Origin: an uncultured Acidimicrobiales bacterium
Lineage (GTDB): Bacteria > Actinomycetota > Acidimicrobiia > Acidimicrobiales > CAVXTF01
Direction: 5' to 3'
DNA: 64,000 nucleotides
Assembly: GCA_963701375.1 (NCBI GenBank)
Contig: CAVOZT010000003.1
Coordinates: 508,086 to 572,085, forward strand
Program-made: the position numbers and the translations under genes
Notes under the pieces: generated by a model
What the model was told of the DNA's origin: nothing
The model's database searches: none
What the model saw: the letters and a program-made list of their open reading frames with translations, nothing else
In this document: in pieces, positions 46,428 through 55,492 of the stretch
Layout: each line of letters opens with the position of its first letter
How positions within the stretch are numbered: the first letter of the stretch is position 1

Positions 46428-46859
46428 GTGTTCGAGATTGTGGTTGTTGGTGCGGATGACTCGTCGACAGCTCGCGAGGCTGTAAGGGTCGCCGCCGACA
46501 TCGCGAAGCTGAGCCGCGCAAAGTTCCATATCGTCACGGCATACGATCCGGGATCCATTCGCGTCGAGGATCTTCCCGACGAGTTCCGGTACGCGGCCAG
46601 CACGCATCCCGCTGATGTCCTGTTAGAAACGCTGTCCTCCATAGCGAAGGAACGAGGCCTGGAGCCGATCGTTCACGCAGCGACGGGTGAGCCCGCGGAC
46701 GCCGTCATCCGAGTTGCCGAGCGGGAGCAAGCCGATCTGATCGTGGTCGGGAACAAGGGCATGAAGGGCGTGAGACGCGTGCTTGGAAGCATCCCGAACA
46801 GCGTTGCGCACGGAGCGCCCTGCTCGGTCTTCATTGTCGACACCCGAGCGGCGAACTAG
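46428..46859 (+). CDS. universal stress protein (UspA family)
   Basis: IVVGADDSSTAREA..ADLIVVGNKGMKGVRRVLGSIPNSVAHGAPCSVFIV. Confidence 0.85.
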   Translation: MFEIVVVGADDSSTAREAVRVAADIAKLSRAKFHIVTAYDPGSIRVEDLPDEFRYAASTHPADVLLETLSSIAKERGLEPIVHAATGEPADAVIRVAEREQADLIVVGNKGMKGVRRVLGSIPNSVAHGAPCSVFIVDTRAAN

Positions 46860-47494
46860 TTCGAATCCAGCCGCGTTGCAGGTGGCTGCTCTGAGGATCG
46901 GTCTTGGAACGGCTGGAGTGTTGAAAGGAACCATTCGACGATCTCCATGACCGGTACGCCGGCGACGTCAACACGGTAAGCCCGGATTAGTGGGGATCCA
47001 TCGACTGCCAACAGAGCAGCAGCGTGGATGGATGGGGGCCGTCTGTCGGGGCGCGGGAGCTGTACCCGGCTGAAAGCGATCCTCTCCTCGGTGAGAATTC
47101 GCCCAATCGGGTCCTCGCTGATTTCGAGTCGTCTGACGAACGTATCCGGAAGACGACCCGGCACTATCAAGCTCTCGGCATAGACGTAGGCCCTCTCGGA
47201 TCTCCTCCCCCGCAACACGACAGACCGTTTGAGCAAGTGCCGCCGTGGTCCGATACCGAGGTTGCTCGTGGCGCCGGAAGCCGTCTTCTCGTGGTGCCGG
47301 TCGTGCGCGTCAATTGGCTCGCCCACGAGCTGTTCCAGGAACATCGTCAGGGTTCCGCCCGTTCGAGCGAGCGCCGCTTCCAGGCCTGAGCACGCTGCCA
47401 CAGCAACTATTGAACCGCACAGCGACGCAACGATGTGCGACGAACAACGCCTCCACCGAATGACTCTAGACAGGGCTCCATCTGCCGTCGGCAC
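46856..47494 (-). CDS. chorismate-lyase/UTRA-fold (DUF98-like) protein
   Basis: TLTMFLEQLVGEPI..RSVVLRGRRSERAYVYAESLIV..PIGRILTEE loosely fits the UbiC-like pattern; start uncertain. Confidence 0.4.
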   Translation of the reverse strand: MPTADGALSRVIRWRRCSSHIVASLCGSIVAVAACSGLEAALARTGGTLTMFLEQLVGEPIDAHDRHHEKTASGATSNLGIGPRRHLLKRSVVLRGRRSERAYVYAESLIVPGRLPDTFVRRLEISEDPIGRILTEERIAFSRVQLPRPDRRPPSIHAAALLAVDGSPLIRAYRVDVAGVPVMEIVEWFLSTLQPFQDRSSEQPPATRLDSN

Positions 47495-48131
47495 CCTGTG
47501 CTCCGAGAAGCGTCGTCAGTTGAGAACGAAGAGTCCTTATACGTTCGCTGACGAGAGCCATCTCCGCTCGGTAGCCGGCACCACATTCCGCACCGAGTGA
47601 TCGCTCAAAGATTGCTCCGAGGAGCTCCAGAAACTCGAGTGGCGCGACTCCCTTCGGTAGAAATGCAGTGGCGCCGGCTTCGAGAACAGGAGACTGAAAT
47701 TCCGAATCCAAGCCGGACACAACGATTACCATCGCGTTCGGCGCAACTAGTCGGATTCGGCTGAGTGCGCTGGTTCCGTAAACTCGAGGCATCACCAGAT
47801 CGAGCAACACCACGTCAGGCTGGAGAGCTTGGGCCATGGCGACGGCCATATCCCCGTCTCGAGCCTCGCCGGCGACTTCGAACTGTCCGCAGTTCTCCAG
47901 CACAGCCCGAAGAAAGCGCCGCGTCAAAGCTGCGTCGTCCGCGATAAGCACGCGAAGTGACTCCGGCTCAGACCATGGAGTGGCGGTGTATTCGCTCTCG
48001 AATTGCGTTTGTGCGAACTCTCTTCCGTCGAGTCCAATACCTCCAGCCGGGGAAGCGGAACCAAAGTGGACGCCATTTTCGAGATGATCGATCACTCCAC
48101 TCGTCCTTTCGTTTGGGGAGGATGCGTCCAT
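47466..48131 (-). CDS. stand-alone receiver-domain response regulator
   Basis: LRVLIADDAALTRRFLRAVLE..PDVVLLDLVMP..VIVVSG..AFLPKG; close paralogue of the first REC of 58665..59450. Confidence 0.7.
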   Translation of the reverse strand: MDASSPNERTSGVIDHLENGVHFGSASPAGGIGLDGREFAQTQFESEYTATPWSEPESLRVLIADDAALTRRFLRAVLENCGQFEVAGEARDGDMAVAMAQALQPDVVLLDLVMPRVYGTSALSRIRLVAPNAMVIVVSGLDSEFQSPVLEAGATAFLPKGVAPLEFLELLGAIFERSLGAECGAGYRAEMALVSERIRTLRSQLTTLLGAQGADGRWSPV

Positions 48132-48289
48132 GGCTGGATCATCGGTGATCTCTCGATTCTGCTGAACCCGTCTACGCGTTATTGCGTCTACTGCATTTGT
48201 AGTAGTGGAGATTGCCGCTCGCGTCCGCCGATTGCCGAGGCCGTTGCATGCTTCTAGCGATTCCGAGAAACTAATGAGGTGGTAGAACC

Positions 48290-48794
48290 ATGGAGCTAGA
48301 GCAGTTGCCCGAACTGTACGCCGATCCAATGTCTGAAGGCCCGGTACTTCAGATATCTGGACACCAAGGCGTGGGACCTTTGGCGGCCCCTGTTCACTGA
48401 TGACCTCGACGTCTACTTCGACAATTCGGTTCTCCCCATTACGACCACTCCCGTGCGAACTGGCGGTGACAGCTTTGTGGAGTTCGTTTCACGCATGCTG
48501 CAAACGGCAGTAACGGTTCATCACGGTCACATGTCCGAGATCGAGTTCACTGGCCAGAACCAGGCGACCGGGATATGGTCAATGTACGACTGGGTTGACG
48601 ATCCCGAGAAGGGATATGCGTTCCAGGGCTGGGGTCACTACCACGAGCGGTACAGAAAAGCACCCGACGGACGATGGCAGATTTCGATGTTCCGCCTGAC
48701 TCGGATTCGGACAGACGTCGTTCAAGCCACACGCCCCAGTGGCGATCGCCCCTGGCCTCCTCCTTGGACAGCGGATAGATCGGGGCGCGTCTAG
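48290..48794 (+). pseudogene. NTF2/SnoaL-like family protein with N-terminal frameshift near 48315-48330
   Basis: ATG 48290 gives MELEQLPELYA. The family-like IQCLKARYFRYLDTKAWDLWRPLFTDDL continues in another frame that has no start codon of its own. Confidence 0.55.
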
Positions 48795-48795
48795 G

Positions 48796-49296
48796 TCAGC
48801 CGACGATCGTCCCGTACATGTCGTTGAGAGGGTACGAAAGCAGCTCCAGGCGCTCGCCGTCGGGACCTGGAAAGTAGACCGAGGAACCATTCACGACAAG
48901 GGTCTCGATCCCCGATGCTTGCAACTTGGCCACGAGTCTTTCCCACTGCTCGGGAGCGACGGAGATCGCGATGTGGTGTAGTCCACCAAGCACTTCGCGG
49001 TATTCCCCGAGATCGAGACCGGGAAAGTCGAAGTACGCAAGATAGTTGTCGTGTCCGACGTCGAAGAAGAAATGCGTGGAGCCGCGGTAGTCCCGGTTCT
49101 CGAAGAGTTCAACGAGAGGGAACTCGAGGAGATCTTGATAGAACGTGATCGTTCGCTCGACGTCGCTCGAAAGCAGGGCGAAATGATGCAGACCCCCGCC
49201 CGATGAGGTCTTTCGTTCGCCAAGGGGTCGGAGGTATCGGCGTTTCAATGACTCCCATTCTTCGGTTCGGTCAACATCGCTCCCGTGCTCAGTCAT
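48796..49296 (-). CDS. VOC/glyoxalase-dioxygenase fold protein
   Basis: LHHFALLSSDVERTITFYQDLLEFPLV..GLHHIAISV..YFPGPDGERLEL. Confidence 0.8.
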   Translation of the reverse strand: MTEHGSDVDRTEEWESLKRRYLRPLGERKTSSGGGLHHFALLSSDVERTITFYQDLLEFPLVELFENRDYRGSTHFFFDVGHDNYLAYFDFPGLDLGEYREVLGGLHHIAISVAPEQWERLVAKLQASGIETLVVNGSSVYFPGPDGERLELLSYPLNDMYGTIVG

Positions 49297-49354
49297 CGAT
49301 TTGCCTCCTGATTGATAGAACTGTCAACGACACGGTGGGTGGGTGAGGCCGTAT

Positions 49355-50209
49355 TCATCTTGCGGCGAACTCGAGAAGCTGAGGCGCTAGAAGAGGCCAG
49401 CGCTCGAAGAGATGGCCGCTCCCGTTGCGAGCTGCGTCCGAACGCTCGATCCACTCCCGATCGCCCCACGGGGGTTCGACCAACTGCGACCCTGGGATGA
49501 GCAGATGGAGCTCCTCGGAAGTGGCCCGGGTGTGGTACGGGTCGCTCTTCCCGCTGCGGAAAATGAGAGCCGGTACGCGCAGGCGATTGAGCGTCTCGTC
49601 CAGAACGCCGGGGACCATCTCATGGGGTGTGGGGCAGTAGACCGCCATCCATCGCTCGAGCACTCCGATGAACTCCTGTGGGTCGAGCATGAGCATTCGA
49701 TCCCGGTTCGCCGGGTTGCGCTCTAAGACCTCCGTCCACTCGGGAAGTTCCACAACGGCCTTCATGCCACCCTGCCACGCGGCGCGCAAGGACTCACCGC
49801 AGTACACCATTGCAAGGGTCAGAAGACCAAAGATCCCGCCGGAGATCCACCACACTGCGAGCTTCCCGACCACCTCGGGATGTCTGGCTGCAACCAGAAG
49901 TGACACTCGAGCGCCCCCAGAACCGCCGATAACCACGGCCGGCGCCATGTCGAGCGCGAGCAGCAAGCCGGCCAGGCTCTCCGCTTGCATCTCAGACTCT
50001 GAAGCCCCGGTGAAGCAGACACTGGATGCGCCGGTGTTCGGGCGGTCCCAGATGAGGACCTGGTGCCCCGCTGCAGCGATGGCTTCGGCCAACTCCCTTA
50101 CTCCTGGCGTTTCCTTGCTGAATCGGCCCCCTGGCGTCAAGACCCAGGGCGAACCCTCACCGAGCACCTCATAAGCGATCGTTTTGCCTTCGATCTCGAT
50201 CGTCGTCAA
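49355..50209 (-). CDS. alpha/beta hydrolase
   Basis: Nucleophile elbow VIGGSGGARVS; about 284 aa, typical length. Confidence 0.8.
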   Translation of the reverse strand: MTTIEIEGKTIAYEVLGEGSPWVLTPGGRFSKETPGVRELAEAIAAAGHQVLIWDRPNTGASSVCFTGASESEMQAESLAGLLLALDMAPAVVIGGSGGARVSLLVAARHPEVVGKLAVWWISGGIFGLLTLAMVYCGESLRAAWQGGMKAVVELPEWTEVLERNPANRDRMLMLDPQEFIGVLERWMAVYCPTPHEMVPGVLDETLNRLRVPALIFRSGKSDPYHTRATSEELHLLIPGSQLVEPPWGDREWIERSDAARNGSGHLFERWPLLAPQLLEFAAR

Positions 50210-50407
50210 ATGGGGTCCCTCCTGAACACCTGGTCGAATACCCGGTGGGCAGCAAGGCTAGGAGCTGCCTCTGTGAAAAAGCGAGGAGCTCGCCAGAGCA
50301 GGCCAGATCCCTCCACATGTAATGTGATCCGAACGTCGCTTTCGCATCGGCTTCTGCTGTCGCGCAGCTTGCAACGCCATATACGTATGGCAGAGGGGTG
50401 AGTTCCG

Positions 50408-51577
50408 ATGACTGACACTCTCGACCCGGTAAGGGTCATCGACGCCGATACACATCTGACGGAACGGCACGACCTTTGGACGAAGCGGGCGCCCGCAGCC
50501 TTCAAGGATCGTGTGCCGCACGTCACTCAAGTGGACGGCTGCGCCACGTGGGTGGTCGAGAACGACGTCGTGCTGGGGCGAGCGGGTGCCGGGGGAGTGG
50601 TCGACAAGCAAGGCGTCAAGGGACGATCGTTCGAGGGCCTCTACGAATGGGAGATCGACCGGGCCCATGCGGCCGCTTACGACCCTGTAGCCCGGATGCA
50701 ACTACTCGACGAGACTGGTATATGGGCTCAGATCATCTTCCCAGGGGTTGTCGGCCTCGGGGGGCAGGCGCTGGCGGAAATCGTGCAGGATCCCCGGCTG
50801 CGCATGCTGTGTGTAGAGATCTTCAACGACGCGAGCGCCGAGTTGCAGGCCGGATCAGCGGATCGATTGCTGCCCATGGCGATCCTGCCGGCATGGGACG
50901 TGGACGCGTGCGTAGCCGAGACGAAGCGAGCGGCAGGCCTCGGGCTGCGAGGCGTCAACCTGACTTCGGACCCGCAGGACCTAGGTGCCCCAGACTTGGC
51001 GAACCGCGCTTGGGATCCGTTGTGGGAAGCGTGCAGCGCACTGTCGATGCCGGTGCATTTCCACATCGGGGCGAGCTTGACGACGATGAACTACTTCGGT
51101 ACGTACCCGTGGGAATCTCATGACGACGACACCAAGCTCGCCATCGGCGGGACGCTCCTGTTCATAGGGAATGCTCGCGTGGTCGTCAACATCATTTGCT
51201 CGGGGATGCTCGATCGCTTTCCTGAACTAAAGGTCGTGTCGGTCGAGAGCGGGACAGGATGGATCCCGTTCATCCTGGAAGCACTCGACTACGAGATGGA
51301 CGAAAACGCACCTGAGGCAAAGAAAAGACTGTCGCTACTACCTTCCGAGTACTTCAGACGGCAGATCTACGCGACGACCTGGTTCGAGCAGAGGAATCTG
51401 GCGTCGATCGTCGCCGCCGTCGGTGAGGACAACATCATGTTCGAGACGGACTTCCCCCACCCGACCTGCCTCTATCCGAACCCGTTGCGCTCGGCCGAAG
51501 CCAATATGCGTGACCTCAGCCCGTCAGTTAGACGGAAGATTCTGAGCGAGAACGGGATCAAGCTCTATCGGCTTTGA
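50408..51577 (+). CDS. amidohydrolase-2 family protein (ACMSD-like decarboxylase/hydratase)
   Basis: VIDADTHLTERHDLW metal-binding start, MPVHFHIG, FETDFPHP. Confidence 0.8.
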   Translation: MTDTLDPVRVIDADTHLTERHDLWTKRAPAAFKDRVPHVTQVDGCATWVVENDVVLGRAGAGGVVDKQGVKGRSFEGLYEWEIDRAHAAAYDPVARMQLLDETGIWAQIIFPGVVGLGGQALAEIVQDPRLRMLCVEIFNDASAELQAGSADRLLPMAILPAWDVDACVAETKRAAGLGLRGVNLTSDPQDLGAPDLANRAWDPLWEACSALSMPVHFHIGASLTTMNYFGTYPWESHDDDTKLAIGGTLLFIGNARVVVNIICSGMLDRFPELKVVSVESGTGWIPFILEALDYEMDENAPEAKKRLSLLPSEYFRRQIYATTWFEQRNLASIVAAVGEDNIMFETDFPHPTCLYPNPLRSAEANMRDLSPSVRRKILSENGIKLYRL

Positions 51578-51661
51578 TTCCCAGTCGGTGGGGCCGATCT
51601 CATTCGGTCGGCCCGACGCTTCCGAGGTCGGCGTATAGCCTCTTCACAAAGCGATAATTGG

Positions 51662-52900
51662 GTGAGGGGAATTGTGGCAACCAGGTCGGTGTACGAGTTG
51701 GACCTGCCAATGCTCGACACGGCGGGACTTGAGCAGTCAGACGCGCTGTTGGCGTCAGTCGACGCTGGTCGGCGGCATTGGCTGGCCCGCACCCCGCTCG
51801 GCTTTTCCCTGACTCGCTACCAAGATGCCGTGGCGTGCCTGCGAGATCGCCGATTTCATTCGGCGTTGTCTCTCATCCCCCAAATGGCCGGAGTCGAACC
51901 TGGCAGTTATATCGATAGTCGGAGACGGTCGATTCTGTCCATGGAAGGAGAGGAACACACTCGTCTTCGTCGCCTGGTCGCACCGGCCTTCACCCCCGCT
52001 GCGGCTGACCGACTTCGGCCTTTCATGCATGACGTCATCAACAAGCTCGTGGACGTCGTGTCGCCGGTCGGACACTGCGATCTGGTGGTCGACGTCTGCG
52101 AGCCATACCCGATCCCGATCATCTGCGAACTGCTCGGCGCACCAAAAGAAGACTGGAGGCTCTTCTCACAGTGGGCCACCGATATCTTTCGGATCTTCAA
52201 TCAGGATCTGGCGGCAGACCTACCGGCGATCGAGCGAGCTTCAGACGAACTTGACAGCTACGTTCGATCCTTGGTCGAGCAACGCCGTACCGTGCCAAGT
52301 GACGACCTGATCAGCTGTCTCATCGCTGTCGAAGAATCGGGTGATCGGCTGTCCACCGATGAAGTGGTGATGCTCGCCGAGGCCGTCCTCATGGCTGGAA
52401 CCGATACCACCCGAAACCAACTGGCCTGCTCGATTGCCCTGTTCGCAGCGCATCCCGATCAGTGGTCGCTCCTGGTCGCCAACCCGGAGCTGGCCGCGTC
52501 AGCAGTGGACGAGTCAATGCGGTATCTCGGAGCCGTGCGGGGCACGGCCCGTGTCGCGTCTGAAGACATCGAGTACCGGGGGGTTTTGTTCCCTAAGGGA
52601 ACCCTCGTGGCAGTCGCCCTTGCCGGCGCAAACAGAGACCCAATGGCCTTCGAGTCCCCAGATGAGCTCGACATCTCTCGCCGACGAACCACACAACACA
52701 TGACTTTCGGCTCGGGAATTCACCACTGTCTTGGAGCGTCGCTTGCGCGCGCCGAACTGCAAGAGGCGCTTCCTGTCCTGGCGAGTCGTATGCCTGAGCT
52801 CACCTTTGACGGCGAGATCGAGTGGAAGCCGGCAACTTTCGGTATCTGGGGACCGGCTCGACTTCCGTTGCGGTTCCGGCCGTCGCCGGTCGCTTGTTAA
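51662..52900 (+). CDS. cytochrome P450
   Basis: I-helix AGTDTT, ExxR (ESMRY), haem loop FGSGIHHCLGASLARAE. Confidence 0.9.
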   Translation: MRGIVATRSVYELDLPMLDTAGLEQSDALLASVDAGRRHWLARTPLGFSLTRYQDAVACLRDRRFHSALSLIPQMAGVEPGSYIDSRRRSILSMEGEEHTRLRRLVAPAFTPAAADRLRPFMHDVINKLVDVVSPVGHCDLVVDVCEPYPIPIICELLGAPKEDWRLFSQWATDIFRIFNQDLAADLPAIERASDELDSYVRSLVEQRRTVPSDDLISCLIAVEESGDRLSTDEVVMLAEAVLMAGTDTTRNQLACSIALFAAHPDQWSLLVANPELAASAVDESMRYLGAVRGTARVASEDIEYRGVLFPKGTLVAVALAGANRDPMAFESPDELDISRRRTTQHMTFGSGIHHCLGASLARAELQEALPVLASRMPELTFDGEIEWKPATFGIWGPARLPLRFRPSPVAC

Positions 52901-53457
52901 GGCCCCGTCAACCTCTCCGGGACCAGACGTATTTGGTCTCGCGATGATTCCTGCTTTAGCGCACGGCGCAGGTTCTGGTAGTCCACTTCGATCACTTGAA
53001 GCTCGGACTGGCCTTCGTCGAGAGCGCCCAGAGATGCCGTCGTCTCCAGCCGGGCACAGGACGATGTGAGACGCCGACCGCCCAGCTGACCCGCACTACC
53101 CTTGATCTTGTGGGCGATTCGACTGACGCGATGGGCGTCGCTCAGATCTAGCGCGTCGCGGAGCTCAACCAGCAGAGTGTCTGTGTCTTCCACGAACTCC
53201 GCTACGAGCTCGCCGAGAAAATCTTGATTTGCGGCCTTTCCAATAGCGCGAAGTTCGTCGATGAACACGGCATCGACGGTGGGCTCCAGTGCCACTCGAT
53301 CTCCCGAATCCGGGCCGCAACTCGGGTCCGATGCGTCCCTCACGAAGAGGGCCATCGTGGTCGAGTCAAAAGGATTACCATCGCCGTTGTCCGCACGCTG
53401 TCCGCCTTTAGCAACGAAACGCCTCGTCGATCTGCCGAGCAGACGGTGGGTTTCCAT
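52897..53457 (-). CDS. stand-alone Hpt (histidine phosphotransfer) domain protein
   Basis: RIAHKIKGSAGQLGGRRL (HxxKG) within a helical C-terminal half; start uncertain (53457 or 53355). Confidence 0.6.
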   Translation of the reverse strand: METHRLLGRSTRRFVAKGGQRADNGDGNPFDSTTMALFVRDASDPSCGPDSGDRVALEPTVDAVFIDELRAIGKAANQDFLGELVAEFVEDTDTLLVELRDALDLSDAHRVSRIAHKIKGSAGQLGGRRLTSSCARLETTASLGALDEGQSELQVIEVDYQNLRRALKQESSRDQIRLVPERLTGP

Positions 53458-53655
53458 TGCCCAGTTCCATATCGGCGATTCGGATCTCGAACCTTAGGGT
53501 TCGATGACAGGCGCTGTGTGGTTTGGTTCGCACACTTGATGTGTGAAGATTGCCCTACAAGGAGTCCGATTTTTCAAAAATAGGCCCACGAGCAGCCCGG
53601 TCGTTGAGCCCAGCCAACGATGACCGCCGCTGTAAAAGGTGAGGGGAAGTTGGTC

Positions 53656-54888
53656 ATGAGCGCGCAGAAGCTAGACCCAGGCGACAACTACGACCCGTTC
53701 GAGGCGTTCGACGACGTCATCGGAGGCGACATCCGTGACCCGTATCCGGATCTCGCGACCAAGCGGAACCGTACCCCGGTGTGGAAGGGCAGCTTGATGG
53801 GCAACGACATGATGCCGCCGGGCATGGAGGTGTCGGAGACTTGGACAGCCTTTCGGTTCGAAGACTGCTCGCGCATCTTGCGTAGCGCAAAGATCTTCAG
53901 CTCCACCGGCTACGACAGCACAATCGGTCTGGTAATGGGACACATGATCCTCGGGATGGACGATCCCGAACATCGTCTCCACCGCAATCTGGTGGCGAAC
54001 GCATTCCGTGAAAGGTCGCTCGCCAGGTGGGAACTAGAACTCATCTCTCCCATCTGCAACGAGCTGATCGACAGATTCGCCGATCGCGGCGCAGCAGAAC
54101 TTGTGAGAGAGCTCACGTTCGAGTTTCCCGTGCGGGTCATCGCTCGCCTCCTCGGGCTACCCGAAGAGGACTTTGCGCAGTTTCAACGCTGGTCGATCGA
54201 GCTGATCGGCCTGGGCGCCGATATCGAGCGGGGTTTAGCCGCCTCACAAAGCCTCAAGAACTATTTCGCCGAGGTTGTGGCCGAGCGGCGAAAGTCCCCT
54301 CAACAGGATCTGATCAGCGACCTTGTATCGGCCGATATCGACGGCGAAAGACTCACCGACGAAGCCATTTACGCATTTTTGCTCCTCCTGCTCCCTGCGG
54401 GTGCGGAGACGACCTATCGATCATCTGGCAACCTGTTGTTCCTCCTTCTGACGCACCCAGATCAACTCGCCGCGGTACAACAGAACAGAGCTCTCCTCGA
54501 TCAGGCAATCGAAGAGGGTCTCCGAGTGGAACCCCCTCTGCTCATGATCGGCCGGACCGCTACCTGCGACGTCGAGATAGGAGGCGTTGAAATACCGGCG
54601 GGTGCCGACGTCACTACGTGCCTCGGCTCCGCCAATCACGACGAAACACGTTGGCACGACCCCGACAGCTTCGACATCTTCCGCCCCCCGCAGCAACATC
54701 TCGCGTTTGCCTTCGGCCCTCATATGTGCCTCGGCATCCACTTGGCACGCCTCGAGACTCGGGTGGTCCTTAATGCCGTCCTCGACCGTCTCTCGAATCT
54801 CCGCCTCGACCCCGAAGGCGACGATCCGCATATTCGGGGCTTGATCTTCCGGTCGCCGACGTCCATTCCGGTGCTCTTCGACGCGTAG
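53656..54888 (+). CDS. cytochrome P450
   Basis: AGAETT I-helix, EGLRVEPP (ExxR), haem loop FAFGPHMCLGIHLARLE; GAGGGGA SD before ATG 53656. Confidence 0.9.
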   Translation: MSAQKLDPGDNYDPFEAFDDVIGGDIRDPYPDLATKRNRTPVWKGSLMGNDMMPPGMEVSETWTAFRFEDCSRILRSAKIFSSTGYDSTIGLVMGHMILGMDDPEHRLHRNLVANAFRERSLARWELELISPICNELIDRFADRGAAELVRELTFEFPVRVIARLLGLPEEDFAQFQRWSIELIGLGADIERGLAASQSLKNYFAEVVAERRKSPQQDLISDLVSADIDGERLTDEAIYAFLLLLLPAGAETTYRSSGNLLFLLLTHPDQLAAVQQNRALLDQAIEEGLRVEPPLLMIGRTATCDVEIGGVEIPAGADVTTCLGSANHDETRWHDPDSFDIFRPPQQHLAFAFGPHMCLGIHLARLETRVVLNAVLDRLSNLRLDPEGDDPHIRGLIFRSPTSIPVLFDA

Positions 54889-54947
54889 CCGCGAGCTCCA
54901 ATTCTCGTAGGACCTCGACTCGCGCCGCACCGACGAGATATCGATTC

Positions 54948-55325
54948 TCAGCGACGAGCGAGTCGCCGGCCGCTTTCTGTCTCGATAGGCGTGTAGTTCA
55001 GTTCGAAGTGATGGTAGAGCGCTGACTCGTCCGCTTGAGACAACTCTTCGCCGTGAATTGCGATGTCCGGCGCAGTCCGGACCTGTTCCTTGGTCACTGT
55101 GACCTTCAGACCATCGGGTTCGATCCGAATTCCCCCCAGCAGTGGTACGAAGGTCAAGTGACGCCCGATGAATCCCTCCTTGACGGTGGCAAATTGCGGC
55201 TCATCGGTTTCGACGTCGACGTAGACATCCTGCAGCTTTCCGATCTTCTCGCCGTTTACATCGACCAGCATCTTGCCCCGCCAATCGGTGACACTCCACT
55301 TTGCCTCGTCGTCGGATTCACTCAC
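54948..55325 (-). CDS. PRC-barrel domain protein
   Basis: DVNGEKIGKLQDVYVDVETDEPQFATVKEGFIGRHLTFVPL; GGAGGAG SD 5 nt before GTG 55325. Confidence 0.7.
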   Translation of the reverse strand: MSESDDEAKWSVTDWRGKMLVDVNGEKIGKLQDVYVDVETDEPQFATVKEGFIGRHLTFVPLLGGIRIEPDGLKVTVTKEQVRTAPDIAIHGEELSQADESALYHHFELNYTPIETESGRRLARR

Positions 55326-55492
55326 GTCGGCTCCTCCAGGTTGGCCAGGTCGCCGAGGGGGCACATCGCAGAGCCAGCGAGGATGGCCCGACTAGCGACG
55401 AACCCCCACCCTAGATCAACCGACAGCAAAGTGGAGCTGCGGACCGATGGTTACGACCTGCGCGACGCCGCCAGGAATCGGAGCGATCCGCT

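Noticed and set aside
46855-46875. GTTCGAATCC, a tRNA T-loop-like string
   Set aside because: The flanks give no acceptor, D or anticodon stems. It sits at the stop/stop junction of two convergent genes.
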